Origin: an uncultured bacterium
Lineage (GTDB): Bacteria > Actinomycetota > Acidimicrobiia > Spongiisociales > UBA5794
NCBI GenBank assembly: GCA_963801165.1
Contig: CAWDDT010000004.1
Coordinates: 448,001 to 512,000, forward strand
Direction of reading: 5' to 3'
Length of the DNA: 64,000 nt
Below, in pieces: positions 29,195 to 38,788 of the stretch. The translations under genes and the position numbers were made by a program. Within the stretch, counting starts at the first letter, position 1. Each line of letters starts with the position of its first letter. A model generated the notes under the pieces. The model did not search any database, was not told the DNA's origin, and saw nothing but the letters and a program-made list of their open reading frames with translations.

Positions 29195-30278
29195 GCGCTG
29201 CTCCTCCTCTCGCGACACGCTCAACGTCAGCGAGCGTGGCCATGGTTGTGTCACCTGGAGTTGTCATGGCCAGGGCGCCGTGGGCGGCCCCGTATTCCAC
29301 GCAATCCCGTGGAGTCATTCCCTCCTGGAGACCGTATATGAGGCCAGAGCAGAAGCTGTCGCCGCCGCCAACACGATCGTAGATCTCCAGCCCGGGACGG
29401 GGTGTGGCGCGGTGGAACGAGCCTTCTGCCCACAGGACGGCACCCCAGTCATTGTGGGAAGCTGATGGGGCTGCTCGCAGGGTCGTTGCGACGCACCGTA
29501 GATCCGGATAATCCGCTGTGACCCGTTTGATCATTGCCTCGAACGCCGTCGGATCGAGTGCGGCGAGATCCTCATCGACGCCCGTGACTTCATAACCCAG
29601 GGCGGCGGAGAAGTCCTCCTCGTTTCCGATCATGACATCGACATATGGCGCGAGAGTTCGATTCACCTCTTGAGCGCGGGCTTTGCCGCCGTGATCCTCC
29701 CATAGCGAGGCTCGGTAGTTGAGGTCGTACGAGACAACCGTCCCCGTCTCGCGCGCAGCCTGCATCGCCTCCAGGATGACTTCGGCGGTCTGCTCACCGA
29801 GCGCGGCCATGATGCCACCGGTATGCAGCCACCGGGCTCCCTCCTTCTCGAATATCTGGCGCCAGTCGATCTGGCCGGGGCGGAGTTGAGAGGTCGCGCT
29901 GTGGCCTCGATCGGAACAGCCTTTGGCCGCACGCACCCCGAAGCCACGCTCGACGAAGTTGAGTGCGTTGCGAGCGCGCTTTCCGATGCCGTCGAACGGA
30001 ACCCATTGCACGTGCCGCATGTCGACACCGCCTTGGAGAATGAGGTCCTCGAGCAACCTCCCAACTTCGTTGTCGACGATGGCGGTGACGAGGGTGGTGC
30101 GCTTTCCGAAGCAGCGTCGCAGCCCACGACTCACGTTGTATTCCCCGCCGCCTTCCCAAACTCGGAACTGACGTGCGACACACGTGCGAGTGTCACCGGG
30201 GTCGAGGCGGATCATTACCTCGCCGAGGGAAACGCAGTCCCATCTGCATTCTTTCGCCGGTCTGATTGGCAGAGACAT
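29181..30278 (-). CDS. kdgK: 2-keto-3-deoxygluconate kinase (PfkB family)
   Basis: SLGEVMIRLDPG, GGGEYNV, SYDLNYR, DRVGGGDSF. Confidence 0.88.
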   Translation of the reverse strand: MSLPIRPAKECRWDCVSLGEVMIRLDPGDTRTCVARQFRVWEGGGEYNVSRGLRRCFGKRTTLVTAIVDNEVGRLLEDLILQGGVDMRHVQWVPFDGIGKRARNALNFVERGFGVRAAKGCSDRGHSATSQLRPGQIDWRQIFEKEGARWLHTGGIMAALGEQTAEVILEAMQAARETGTVVSYDLNYRASLWEDHGGKARAQEVNRTLAPYVDVMIGNEEDFSAALGYEVTGVDEDLAALDPTAFEAMIKRVTADYPDLRCVATTLRAAPSASHNDWGAVLWAEGSFHRATPRPGLEIYDRVGGGDSFCSGLIYGLQEGMTPRDCVEYGAAHGALAMTTPGDTTMATLADVERVARGGAARVAR

Positions 30279-30315
30279 GATTCTCCCAGTTGCGGTGGTC
30301 GTGGCCGAGACGAGC

Positions 30316-30909
30316 TCAGTACTCCGAATCCTCGGGCGACCGTTCTTCGGGAATCGCCGAGTAGGCAGGGAACTCCGGGTCGACGGGCTCGGTGATACCG
30401 AGTCCCCGGGTGACCCGGTTGATGTAGTTGAGGTGTGCGCACTGCGAATTCGCATCGAGGATGTCGAGATCGGTGAAGCCCTGGGCGCGCAGGCGTTCGA
30501 TGTCATCTTCCGTTATCGAGCCCGGGCTCCTGGTGAGCTTTGTCGTGTAGCGGACCAGTTCGCGGTCGGCGGGTGACATGTCGAGCTCGTCGGGGTGGCT
30601 GGCGAGCATGATGATCTGGTCGTTGTTGAATCCGGTCTCGCGCAGCTTGATCGTTGCCTGGCTCGCGCAGTAGTCGACGGAGTTCAAGGACGATGTGACG
30701 AAGCTGATCAGATTGCGCTGGTGGGGGGTCAGATTCGAGGGGCACCGCTCGCTGGCGGCGTAGAGATCAAGCCGGGTGCCGGCGAGGCGTGGATAGAGGG
30801 ACCCGAGTAGCGTCGTCTTTGTTGGTTTGCCGAGCGCGCGCGCCTGCCGGTCATAGACTGCCTTGAGCTCGTCGTCGGCATCTTCGTACGGAATCGTCTT
30901 GATCCACAT
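30316..30909 (-). CDS. AhpD/CMD-like peroxidase-related protein (degenerate CxxC)
   Basis: MWIKTIPYEDA, NSVDYC, KLTRSPGSI..LRAQGFTD..NYINR. Confidence 0.78.
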   Translation of the reverse strand: MWIKTIPYEDADDELKAVYDRQARALGKPTKTTLLGSLYPRLAGTRLDLYAASERCPSNLTPHQRNLISFVTSSLNSVDYCASQATIKLRETGFNNDQIIMLASHPDELDMSPADRELVRYTTKLTRSPGSITEDDIERLRAQGFTDLDILDANSQCAHLNYINRVTRGLGITEPVDPEFPAYSAIPEERSPEDSEY

Positions 30910-30964
30910 CGCATCCTCCGCTCGTCGGTTACCGCGGTCTATCTGAGCATGATGTCCCACTGGC

Positions 30965-30991
30965 TATCCTACCAGATGTCTGATAAGTTGC
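30965..30991 (-). promoter_or_regulatory. Promoter/operator with CAGACATCTG core (divergent region)
   Basis: Exact reverse complement of 35761-35787. Confidence 0.8.
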
Positions 30992-31029
30992 GAAGGGACG
31001 CGTGACGCAAAGAGAGGCAGGTCGTTCTG

Positions 31030-31966
31030 ATGACATTCCCGTGGGGGATCTGGTTCGAGCCGACGCAGCCGGTGCGGCGCATACTGGAATTGGCCCGCCT
31101 GGCGGAGGCCGAAGGAGCGTCCATATGCCTCGTCGCTGACGAGGGTACGACACGTGACGTCTATGTGACCATGACCGCGATCCTCATGGGGACAGAGCAA
31201 CTGACCGTCGGTCCCGGCATCACGAACCCGTTTTCTCGGCACCCGATTGCCACTGCCGCGGCGATCGCGACCCTTGCCGAGATGTTCCCGGGTCGCGTCT
31301 GGCACGGCCTTGGAGTGGGGGGTAGCCGGGTCATGGAGCCTTTGGAGCTCAGTCCTGAGAAGCCGTACACAGCGTTGCGAGACGCGGTGGACGTCAATGT
31401 TCGTCTCCTCGCCGGAGAGGCGGTCGGACCGGCCCGGCTCGACTGGTTCAAGGGGTCCGTACCGCTGGCGCTGGCCGGCCGGGGCAAGCGGACGCAAGCT
31501 CTAGCGGCAGAGCGGGGCGACTGGGTGATCCTCACCGCCAAACCCCTCGCCGAACTGCCTCGAGAGGCTCAGCGCATCCGTGCCGCGGGAAATGCAAAGA
31601 TCGCCTGGTCGGCCTACATGGCCTTCTCGGAGGAGGAGCGCAGCCTGGTTCTCGCGCATTTCTCCTACATGGCCGTCGATGCGCCTCCCGACATTCGCGC
31701 CGCCGCTGGTCTCGATGATGTGCGCCTGCAAGAAGGTTCGCTCCGCGATGCTTGCGGGTGACTTCGAGTCGGCGATCCGCCTGCTGCCGCTGGCACTCGT
31801 GGATGCCTACGCCTTGGCAGGGTCGCCAGAAGAATGCGCGGTCAAGATTCGTGCCTTGCGCGGATCATTCGATTTGTTCATGCTGCCGATCCCTCATGAC
31901 GCCACCGCGGAGGAGCACATCGCGACCACGGCCCAAGTCCTCCGCGCGGCAGCGGTAGACCCGTAA
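31030..31966 (+). CDS. LLM class oxidoreductase (frameshift near 31725)
   Basis: VGPGITNPFSRHP..ATLAEMFPGRVWHGLGVG; C-terminus ALAGSPEEC in another frame. Confidence 0.85.
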
Positions 31967-32020
31967 TGAGATCGCCCGAATCGTCGTCTCGCACCTGCTG
32001 TATGCGAAGGAGTTGTTGAA

Positions 32021-33055
32021 ATGTTCAAAGGCTTTGGAATCTCGATATCAAATGAAGACCACGTCGATACCACGTTGGGCATGGTCCAACGTGCCGACCG
32101 GTTGGGCTTCGATGAGGTTTCGCTCCCGGAGAGCCGCCACTTTCGATCGGTGTTCAGCGTTGCAGCAGCCGGTCTCGCCACGACCGATCAGATCACAGTC
32201 CGTATAGGGGTCGCCAATCCGGTTACCCGCCATCCGGCAATTCTCGCAATGGAGGCGGGGACTCTGGCCGAGATCGGTCCAGGGAGGATTCGGTTTGGTA
32301 TCGGCGCCGCGGCGTGGACCATGCGCAAGTTCGGGTACGTCTCCGATAGCTGGAAGCCGTATACCAACACCGTCGAGTCTGCGAAGGCGATTCGCCAACT
32401 CGTGCGTGGCGAGCCCCTCGGATTCACTCCCAAGACGTTTCTCGCGACGCCCGCAACCACCCTCGACTTCACGCCACCGCAGCCGATCCCCGTTGACCTG
32501 GGTGCCGTCAACGAGAGGATGATGGAAGCAGTAGGCGAGGTCGGCGACGGAGTACAGCTGGGTGCGTTGGCGACCCCGGGCTACGTGGCGTGGGCCCGGG
32601 AGCGGATCGCCGTTGGCGCGGCGCGCTCCGGTCGTGATCCTTCCGGCATGCGGATTGCGTCCAACGTGCTGACTTCGGTGGGCCGCGATCGTCGCGCCGC
32701 CCGCCTCGCGGTGCGTGAAGTCCTTGCGTACTATCTCCACCGGGTGGAGTCCGTCATCATCGAGAAGAGCGGTGATGTGGACCAGGATCAACTAGCCAGG
32801 ATCGGGGCCACGGTTAGAGAAGATGGTGTCGAAGCGGGGGCCAAGCTGGTGAACGATGACCTGATCGACGGCTTCGCCGTTGCCGGCACTATCGACGACG
32901 TTGTCGAAGGCTTCGGCCGCTACATCGCAGCAGGTCTCGAGGTACCCCTCGCGTGGTACACGTTTGGACCCGATCCCGATTGGGCGATCGACGTCCTCGC
33001 CAGCGAGGTCCGACCCGCACTTCTCGGTCTCGTGAAGGGGGGTTTGCATGACTGA
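32021..33055 (+). CDS. LLM class oxidoreductase (Mer-like, possibly F420-dependent)
   Basis: IGVANPVTRHPAILAMEAGTL..GRIRFGIGA, FAVAGT. Confidence 0.9.
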   Translation: MFKGFGISISNEDHVDTTLGMVQRADRLGFDEVSLPESRHFRSVFSVAAAGLATTDQITVRIGVANPVTRHPAILAMEAGTLAEIGPGRIRFGIGAAAWTMRKFGYVSDSWKPYTNTVESAKAIRQLVRGEPLGFTPKTFLATPATTLDFTPPQPIPVDLGAVNERMMEAVGEVGDGVQLGALATPGYVAWARERIAVGAARSGRDPSGMRIASNVLTSVGRDRRAARLAVREVLAYYLHRVESVIIEKSGDVDQDQLARIGATVREDGVEAGAKLVNDDLIDGFAVAGTIDDVVEGFGRYIAAGLEVPLAWYTFGPDPDWAIDVLASEVRPALLGLVKGGLHD

Positions 33056-34193
33056 TCGATGGAGGCGCAACTGGCGTGATCTAGCCAGCGAGGTTATCGA
33101 CCTGGGCCTTTGCACCGGCTGCTCGGGGTGTGTGGTTGCTTGTCCGCAAGGCGTCCTGCACCTGGATCGGGAGACGTGGATACCCGGTCTCGACTCGGAT
33201 GCGTGGCATGAAGACCAGGACTCGTATTGCCGTTTCGGGGATCGGGGGTGCACGCTCTGCGCTCGTGCTTGCCCGCGTCTCGGCGCCTGGGAGACCGAAG
33301 CGGATTTGGCACGGTGGTCGAGAACGCGCCGGGTCGACGAGGTGCTTGGCGTCTACCGGCGGATTCTGATGGTCGACGCGACCGACCGTGCGGTCGCGGC
33401 CGCCGGTCAGGACGGCGGACTTGGCACGGCAATGCTGCTCTACGCCATCGAGAAGGGCTACATCGATGGTGCTCTGATCAGTCAATACGACGAGAAGATG
33501 AACACCCGACCGGGCATCGCCCGGACTCGCGAGGAATTGCTCGCCTGCGCCGGCTCTCGCTACACGTACTCGCCCAACCTGCTCGCCATCAAGGAGGCAG
33601 ACCGTGCAATGAGGATCGGTCTGATCAGTGTTGGGTGCCAGGTTTCTGTTCCCGCCATCGCCAAGAGCAGGGGCGCCAACAAGCTTGCCAAGCGCTTCGA
33701 GCTTGTTGTCGGGCTGCTCTGTTCGAAGACGTTTGCCGACCGCATCTACGAGGATCTGCTGGAGAACCAGTACGGCATTGCGCGGCACCAGATCACGAAG
33801 GTCAACATCAAGGGCATACTCCAGGTTTGGTACGAAGGCAACGACGCCGAGTCGTCCTATGTGGAGGTGCCTCTCTCGGAGTGCAGGGAGTACTCTCGGC
33901 TCGGCTGCTCCCACTGTCCAGATTTCGCGGCCCAGCACGCTGACGTATCGCTCGGCGGGATCGGAAGGGAGCCCGGTCGTACGCTGACGATCATCCGGAG
34001 TGAGCTCGGTGATGAGATCATCACGGCCATGCAGCGTGACGGTCTCGTTGTTGCCTCTGACGCAATGGATGATGACCCTGGTGCAGTTGCCCTGATTGAG
34101 AAGCTTGCCGCCCGGCAACGCAAGCGATGGCCGGGAGCCTCTTCGTCGTTGGAACTGGTCGACCCAGCGCCGGTAATGGTGTCCTCTACTTGA
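33048..34193 (+). CDS. Coenzyme F420 hydrogenase/dehydrogenase beta-subunit (FrhB/FdhB) family with N-terminal ferredoxin
   Basis: CTGCSGCVVACP, CTLCARACP, GQDGG, GSRY, GCQ, GLLC, CSHCPDF. Confidence 0.9.
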   Translation: MTDRWRRNWRDLASEVIDLGLCTGCSGCVVACPQGVLHLDRETWIPGLDSDAWHEDQDSYCRFGDRGCTLCARACPRLGAWETEADLARWSRTRRVDEVLGVYRRILMVDATDRAVAAAGQDGGLGTAMLLYAIEKGYIDGALISQYDEKMNTRPGIARTREELLACAGSRYTYSPNLLAIKEADRAMRIGLISVGCQVSVPAIAKSRGANKLAKRFELVVGLLCSKTFADRIYEDLLENQYGIARHQITKVNIKGILQVWYEGNDAESSYVEVPLSECREYSRLGCSHCPDFAAQHADVSLGGIGREPGRTLTIIRSELGDEIITAMQRDGLVVASDAMDDDPGAVALIEKLAARQRKRWPGASSSLELVDPAPVMVSST

Positions 34194-34230
34194 GGTTTGG
34201 TTTGTTCCCAATCAACAGGAGTGTTGCGAA

Positions 34231-34794
34231 ATGGCGTACATACGGCAGATCGAGCCCGCCGATGCGACTGGAGAGTTGAGGGCGTTTTACGATGCTCTCT
34301 TCGATACCGTCGGCAGCATCCCCAATATTGTGAAGCTTTCCAGCCTCAAGCCGTCCGCGGCATCCGCCGCGCAGGATCTCTATCAGAGTGTCCTCTACCA
34401 CGACTCGGGGCTGGCGATGGAGGAGAAGGAGATGGTGGCGACCGCCGTGTCCGTCATCAATGGCTGCGTCTACTGCTACGAGCATCATGGTGGGGCGCTC
34501 GCCAGACTCACGGATGATCCCGATCTCGCCGCGCAGGTGATTTCGGATTTTCGGTCGGCGCGGATCGGCCCGCGGGCGATGTCTTTGCTCGAGTTCGCCG
34601 ACAAGCTCAGCCGCACGCCGGGTGCGATGACCGAGGCTGACATCGACGCGCTGCGTCCCCTCGGCTTGTCCGACGAGGATATTCTGGACCTGGTCCAGTT
34701 GGTTTCCTACTTCGCCTACACCAGTCGCCTTGCGGTCGCGCTGGGGGTTGACCCGGAGATTCCGAAGGAGCCACCTGGTCCGGATCCCACGTGA
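34231..34794 (+). CDS. AhpD-like peroxidase-related enzyme
   Basis: EMVATAVSVINGCVYCYEHH. Confidence 0.88.
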   Translation: MAYIRQIEPADATGELRAFYDALFDTVGSIPNIVKLSSLKPSAASAAQDLYQSVLYHDSGLAMEEKEMVATAVSVINGCVYCYEHHGGALARLTDDPDLAAQVISDFRSARIGPRAMSLLEFADKLSRTPGAMTEADIDALRPLGLSDEDILDLVQLVSYFAYTSRLAVALGVDPEIPKEPPGPDPT

Positions 34795-34819
34795 TGCGGT
34801 CATGACGCGAATCGGCTAT

Positions 34820-34835
34820 TGTCAGACATCTGACA
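34820..34835. promoter_or_regulatory. Operator TGTCAGACATCTGACA upstream of the GntR gene
   Basis: 16-bp near-perfect palindrome with CAGACATCTG core. Confidence 0.8.
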
Positions 34836-34841
34836 TGAATT

Positions 34842-35693
34842 GTGGTCTCCAGCTGCTGGCTACTGTCTGTCGGTTCCGGAGCGGTGGTTCACGCCAGCCC
34901 TAGTACGTGCGAGGTCGCCGATGGCAGAAGTACACGGACAGAAGGGACTCCGGGCGGACCGCGTCCTCTGTACCTGCAGCTGGTGGATGCGCTGCTTGAC
35001 TGGATCGTAGAAGAAGGGAAGGGGCCGGGGGACCGAGTACCGGGGGAGCCGGAGCTCGCGCGCCGATTCAAGGTCGGTCGATCGACGGTGCGTGAGGCCC
35101 TGGTGTATCTGGAATACGAAGGAATCGTAAATCGCTCCCAGGGCTTCCATACCACCCTGACTTCGCTGGCGCGGCGCCCGGCGTTGGGTTTGGAGGTGTT
35201 GGAACCAGTTGAGGCTCTCGCGACGCGGCAGGGATGGGAGTGCAAGACACGAGACCTGGTCTTGATGCAGAGTACTGCTGATGAAGTCCGGGCCGACAAG
35301 CTTCATGTCGAGCCCGGTTCCGATGTGTCGATCATCCGAAGAACGAAGTTCACCCAGGATGGCCCGTTTGCCTTGATGGAGAGCGTTGTCCCCAATGCAG
35401 TCAAGTCGTACGACATGCTGCGGAGCGAGTTCCAGGATTCCATAACGGTACTACTCGACGATGTCGCCACCCTTCGGTTTGCGGCGGCCGAGATCACCGC
35501 GGCGACCGCCGAGGGTCACGTCGCAGAGGCACTGGCCCTAGAGGTCGGGTCCCCGGTGCTGCTGCTCGAGGAGCTGTTCTATGGGGATGGTGAGGACCCT
35601 CTTGCCTGGAATCTCAACTACTTCGTACCGGGAACGATCCGGTTCGAGTTGCTGCGCAAGGTTCCGAGCGTAAAGTTGTCGGACCGCCGCTGA
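34842..35693 (+). CDS. GntR/HutC family regulator (UTRA domain); start uncertain
   Basis: PLYLQL..RVPGEPELARRFKVGRSTVREAL; UTRA-like C-terminus. Confidence 0.9.
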   Translation: MVSSCWLLSVGSGAVVHASPSTCEVADGRSTRTEGTPGGPRPLYLQLVDALLDWIVEEGKGPGDRVPGEPELARRFKVGRSTVREALVYLEYEGIVNRSQGFHTTLTSLARRPALGLEVLEPVEALATRQGWECKTRDLVLMQSTADEVRADKLHVEPGSDVSIIRRTKFTQDGPFALMESVVPNAVKSYDMLRSEFQDSITVLLDDVATLRFAAAEITAATAEGHVAEALALEVGSPVLLLEELFYGDGEDPLAWNLNYFVPGTIRFELLRKVPSVKLSDRR

Positions 35694-35757
35694 GTCGCTA
35701 GCTGAGTTACCGTTCGGCCGAGTCAATCGGCTCACGGAGGGTCACCTGGAATTCAAC

Positions 35758-35787
35758 CTGGCAACTTATCAGACATCTGGTAGGATA
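35758..35787 (+). promoter_or_regulatory. Sigma70-like promoter (CTGGCA-N17-TAGGAT) with operator in the spacer
   Basis: gcaacttatcagacatctggtaggata. Confidence 0.7.
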
Positions 35788-35853
35788 CCACCTTGAGAAG
35801 CAACCCATCCCAGAACGGGCGGTGTCTCTCGGGATGGACATCAGGAGAGATCG

Positions 35854-36609
35854 GTGATCTGGGTGAACAACTCCAATGGTGTGGCCCTCAGATTCGAAGA
35901 GGTAGGCCTCACGTATCCGGACGGAACTGAGGCATTGCGCAATGTCAGCCTCGACGTTACCCCCGGCGAATTCGTCAGCGTGGTCGGTCCTTCAGGCTGC
36001 GGTAAGTCGACTCTCCTGAAGCTGGCATCGGGGCTGATCCCGGAGACTGTCGGCAAGGTCGTGGTGGATCGTGCCCGTCTTGGCTACGTGTTTCAAGACG
36101 CGACCCTGGCGCCATGGCGCACGGTGCGGAAGAACGTCGAGCTTTTGCCAGAGTTGCATGGAATCGCGAAGGCGGAACGGAGTCGCATCGCCACCGAGGT
36201 GATCGGCCTGGTCGGATTGGGTGCCTTCGAGGACCACTACCCGAAGCGTCTCTCCGGCGGGATGAAGATGCGCGTCAGCCTGGCGCGGTCCTTGACTCTG
36301 GATCCGACCGTGTTCCTGTTCGATGAGCCGTTTAGCGCTCTCGACGAGATAACCCGGCAACGGCTCAATGCAGAGCTGCTCTCTCTGTTCCTGGCGAAAG
36401 GTTTCGCGGCCTTGTTCATCACTCACAACGTCTTCGAATCAGTGTTCCTGTCGACTCGGGTATTGGTGATGTCGGAGCGGCCGGGTCGGATCCTCGCTGA
36501 GATCGAGGTTCCGTTCCCCTTCCCCAGAGATGACGAATTGCGGTTTCAAGCGGAGTTCGCGGCAAAGGGCGACGAAGTGTCGCGGGCATTGCAGGAGGCG
36601 TACTCATGA
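35854..36609 (+). CDS. NitT/TauT family ABC ATP-binding protein
   Basis: GPSGCGKS, LSGGMKMRVSLAR, DEPFSALD. Confidence 0.95.
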   Translation: MIWVNNSNGVALRFEEVGLTYPDGTEALRNVSLDVTPGEFVSVVGPSGCGKSTLLKLASGLIPETVGKVVVDRARLGYVFQDATLAPWRTVRKNVELLPELHGIAKAERSRIATEVIGLVGLGAFEDHYPKRLSGGMKMRVSLARSLTLDPTVFLFDEPFSALDEITRQRLNAELLSLFLAKGFAALFITHNVFESVFLSTRVLVMSERPGRILAEIEVPFPFPRDDELRFQAEFAAKGDEVSRALQEAYS

Positions 36610-37535
36610 CCGCAGATCCATACGATGGAGTCGATGTTGCGTTGCTGGTAAAGGAAGAGGAGCAGGAGATCCCCCGGGAGGGATCGCAGCCCACCAGAAA
36701 CTCCGGACTTCGGGGCCACCTCAAGAAGCTGGTTGCGCCGGCGATCGTCTTCGTGGTGTTCGTCGGGATCTGGTATCTGCTGTCGTGGAAGTATCTCCCA
36801 GTGCTTATGCGCCGCGATTCACCTCCGCAGTTCATGCGGAGCATCCTCCTGCCTTACCCGCACGATGTGGTGAAGGTTGCCTACCTCGACTCGGCGAACC
36901 TCCACGAGATCCTTTCCGGACTGTGGCTCGACACCCGCCTGGCGTTCACCGGCTTGGCGATTGCGATTTCGATCGGGATTGCGGCTGCCATCGCTATGAG
37001 TCAGGCCCGTTGGGTCGAGCGTTCCTTCTATCCGTATGCGGTCTTCTTGCAGACCGTCCCCATTCTCGCCCTCGTCCCGGTGATCGGACTCTTTCTGGGC
37101 TGGGGATTCACCTCACGTGTCGTCGTGGTGGTGATCATCTCGTTGTTCCCGATAATCACGAATACGCTCTTCGGCTTGAAGTCGGTCGATCGCGGTCTCG
37201 ACGACCTGTTCGCATTGCACACGTCGTCGCGGTGGGTCCGGCTGTGGAAGCTGCAGCTGCCCGGCTCGCTACCAGCGATGTTCGTTGGGTTCCAGATCGC
37301 GGCGGGCCTGTCGGTCATCGGCGCCATCGTCGGCGACTTCTTCTTCGCTCGAGGGGCGAAGGGGCTCGGGAACCTCATCGGTATCTATGCCAACCGCCTC
37401 CAACCCGAGCGGCTCTGGGGAACTGTGTTCTTCTCCACCCTGCTCGGCCTCTTCGTCTTCACAATATTTGGGACCCTCCGGACCCGCCTCGTCGGCCACT
37501 GGCACGAATCGGCGGGACCGGAGAAGCAAGCGTGA
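36606..37535 (+). CDS. NitT/TauT family ABC permease
   Basis: LQTVPILAL, KLQLPGSLP, IGAIVGDF. Confidence 0.92.
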   Translation: MTADPYDGVDVALLVKEEEQEIPREGSQPTRNSGLRGHLKKLVAPAIVFVVFVGIWYLLSWKYLPVLMRRDSPPQFMRSILLPYPHDVVKVAYLDSANLHEILSGLWLDTRLAFTGLAIAISIGIAAAIAMSQARWVERSFYPYAVFLQTVPILALVPVIGLFLGWGFTSRVVVVVIISLFPIITNTLFGLKSVDRGLDDLFALHTSSRWVRLWKLQLPGSLPAMFVGFQIAAGLSVIGAIVGDFFFARGAKGLGNLIGIYANRLQPERLWGTVFFSTLLGLFVFTIFGTLRTRLVGHWHESAGPEKQA

Positions 37536-37582
37536 ACAAGCGAACGGCGCTACGGAACCTGTTGAGAAAGGAAATAAACCCT

Positions 37583-38788
37583 ATGGGTATCCCGCGTAAG
37601 GCCATGCGGTGGGTGGTATTGCTAGCGACACTCGCCATCGTCGCATCGGCATGTGGTGGCGACTCCGAGCCGGAAACCACGCAAGCAGCGACGACCACGG
37701 AGGCGACGTCGACCACACAAGCCGCGACTAACACGACTAGTACGGTGGCGGCCACAACCACGGAGGCAGCACCAGTTGGGGATCTGTCGACGTGCCCCAA
37801 TCCGCTCGTCATCCAGACGGCGTGGTTTCCTGAGCCCGAGTACGCAGAGTTGTACCAGCTAACTGGTGGGGAAGGATCCATCGATCCTGAGAGCGGCATC
37901 TTCAGCGGTCCGCTCGCCGCCGACCCGAGCATCACGGTTGAGGTTCGTACCGGCGGTCCGTATGCGGGCTATACCCCGGCGCATGTTCACATGTACGCCG
38001 ACGACGAAGTCTTCCTCGGACTGGTACCGACGGACGCACAGCTGACGGCCCAAGCGGCAACTCCCGTGATCGGCGTGATGGCCACGATGGAGAAGAGCCC
38101 GCTCGGCGTGATGTGGGACCCGGCGACCTACACGATCAACTCCTGGGAGGATGTTGGCAAGACGGGTGCGGTTGTCAACTACTTCGAGAGCGCCTTCTGG
38201 CCCCCGTTCGTGGTTGCCAAGGGTTACGTCTCAGAAGACCAGCTCGACGGCTCGTACGACGGCTCCCCATCGCGGTTCGTCTCCGAAGAGGGCGCCATCA
38301 TTCAGCAGGCATACATAACCCAGGAGCCGTACAAGTACGAGAATGACCTCGAGGGGTGGAACAAGCCCGTTCAGATGCTCCTCGTGCACGACTCGGGATA
38401 TGAGTACTACGAGCAGCAGCTCGCGATTCGTGCCGACCGGCTCGAGGAAGCACGCCAATGCCTGACGGCGTTCATTCCTCTCGTCCAGCAGGCAACCGTC
38501 GACTACATGAACGATCCCAGCACCGTGAATGCCACGATGCTGCAAGCCGTTGAGGACCTGGCAACCTTCTGGACCTTCACGCCAGAGAGCATCGCCTACT
38601 CCAGCCAGGCCCTGGACGAATACGGCATCTTTGCCAACGGCGCGAACGACACCATCGGTGATTTCGACATGGACCGCCTGAACAAGTTCATCGAAGACAT
38701 CCGCATCGTGCCGGCCTTTGCCGACATGACATGGACCGCCGAGGATCTGGTGACAAACGAGTTCATCGATCCGTCGATCGGAAGGTGA
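37583..38788 (+). CDS. ABC substrate-binding lipoprotein (NMT1/THI5-like)
   Basis: Lipobox ASAC, Thr linker, QTAWFPEPEY, YDGSPSRF, QAYITQEP; RBS GAAAGG before ATG 37583. Confidence 0.85.
   Translation: MGIPRKAMRWVVLLATLAIVASACGGDSEPETTQAATTTEATSTTQAATNTTSTVAATTTEAAPVGDLSTCPNPLVIQTAWFPEPEYAELYQLTGGEGSIDPESGIFSGPLAADPSITVEVRTGGPYAGYTPAHVHMYADDEVFLGLVPTDAQLTAQAATPVIGVMATMEKSPLGVMWDPATYTINSWEDVGKTGAVVNYFESAFWPPFVVAKGYVSEDQLDGSYDGSPSRFVSEEGAIIQQAYITQEPYKYENDLEGWNKPVQMLLVHDSGYEYYEQQLAIRADRLEEARQCLTAFIPLVQQATVDYMNDPSTVNATMLQAVEDLATFWTFTPESIAYSSQALDEYGIFANGANDTIGDFDMDRLNKFIEDIRIVPAFADMTWTAEDLVTNEFIDPSIGR

Noticed and set aside
33048-34193. Evidence for a hydrogenase or methanogenesis
   Set aside because: No NiFe large or small subunits or maturation genes; only the beta-subunit family protein is present
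36530-37582. 752-aa extended substrate-binding protein
   Set aside because: The extension is a shadow frame over the permease; RBS and lipoprotein signal place the start at 37583
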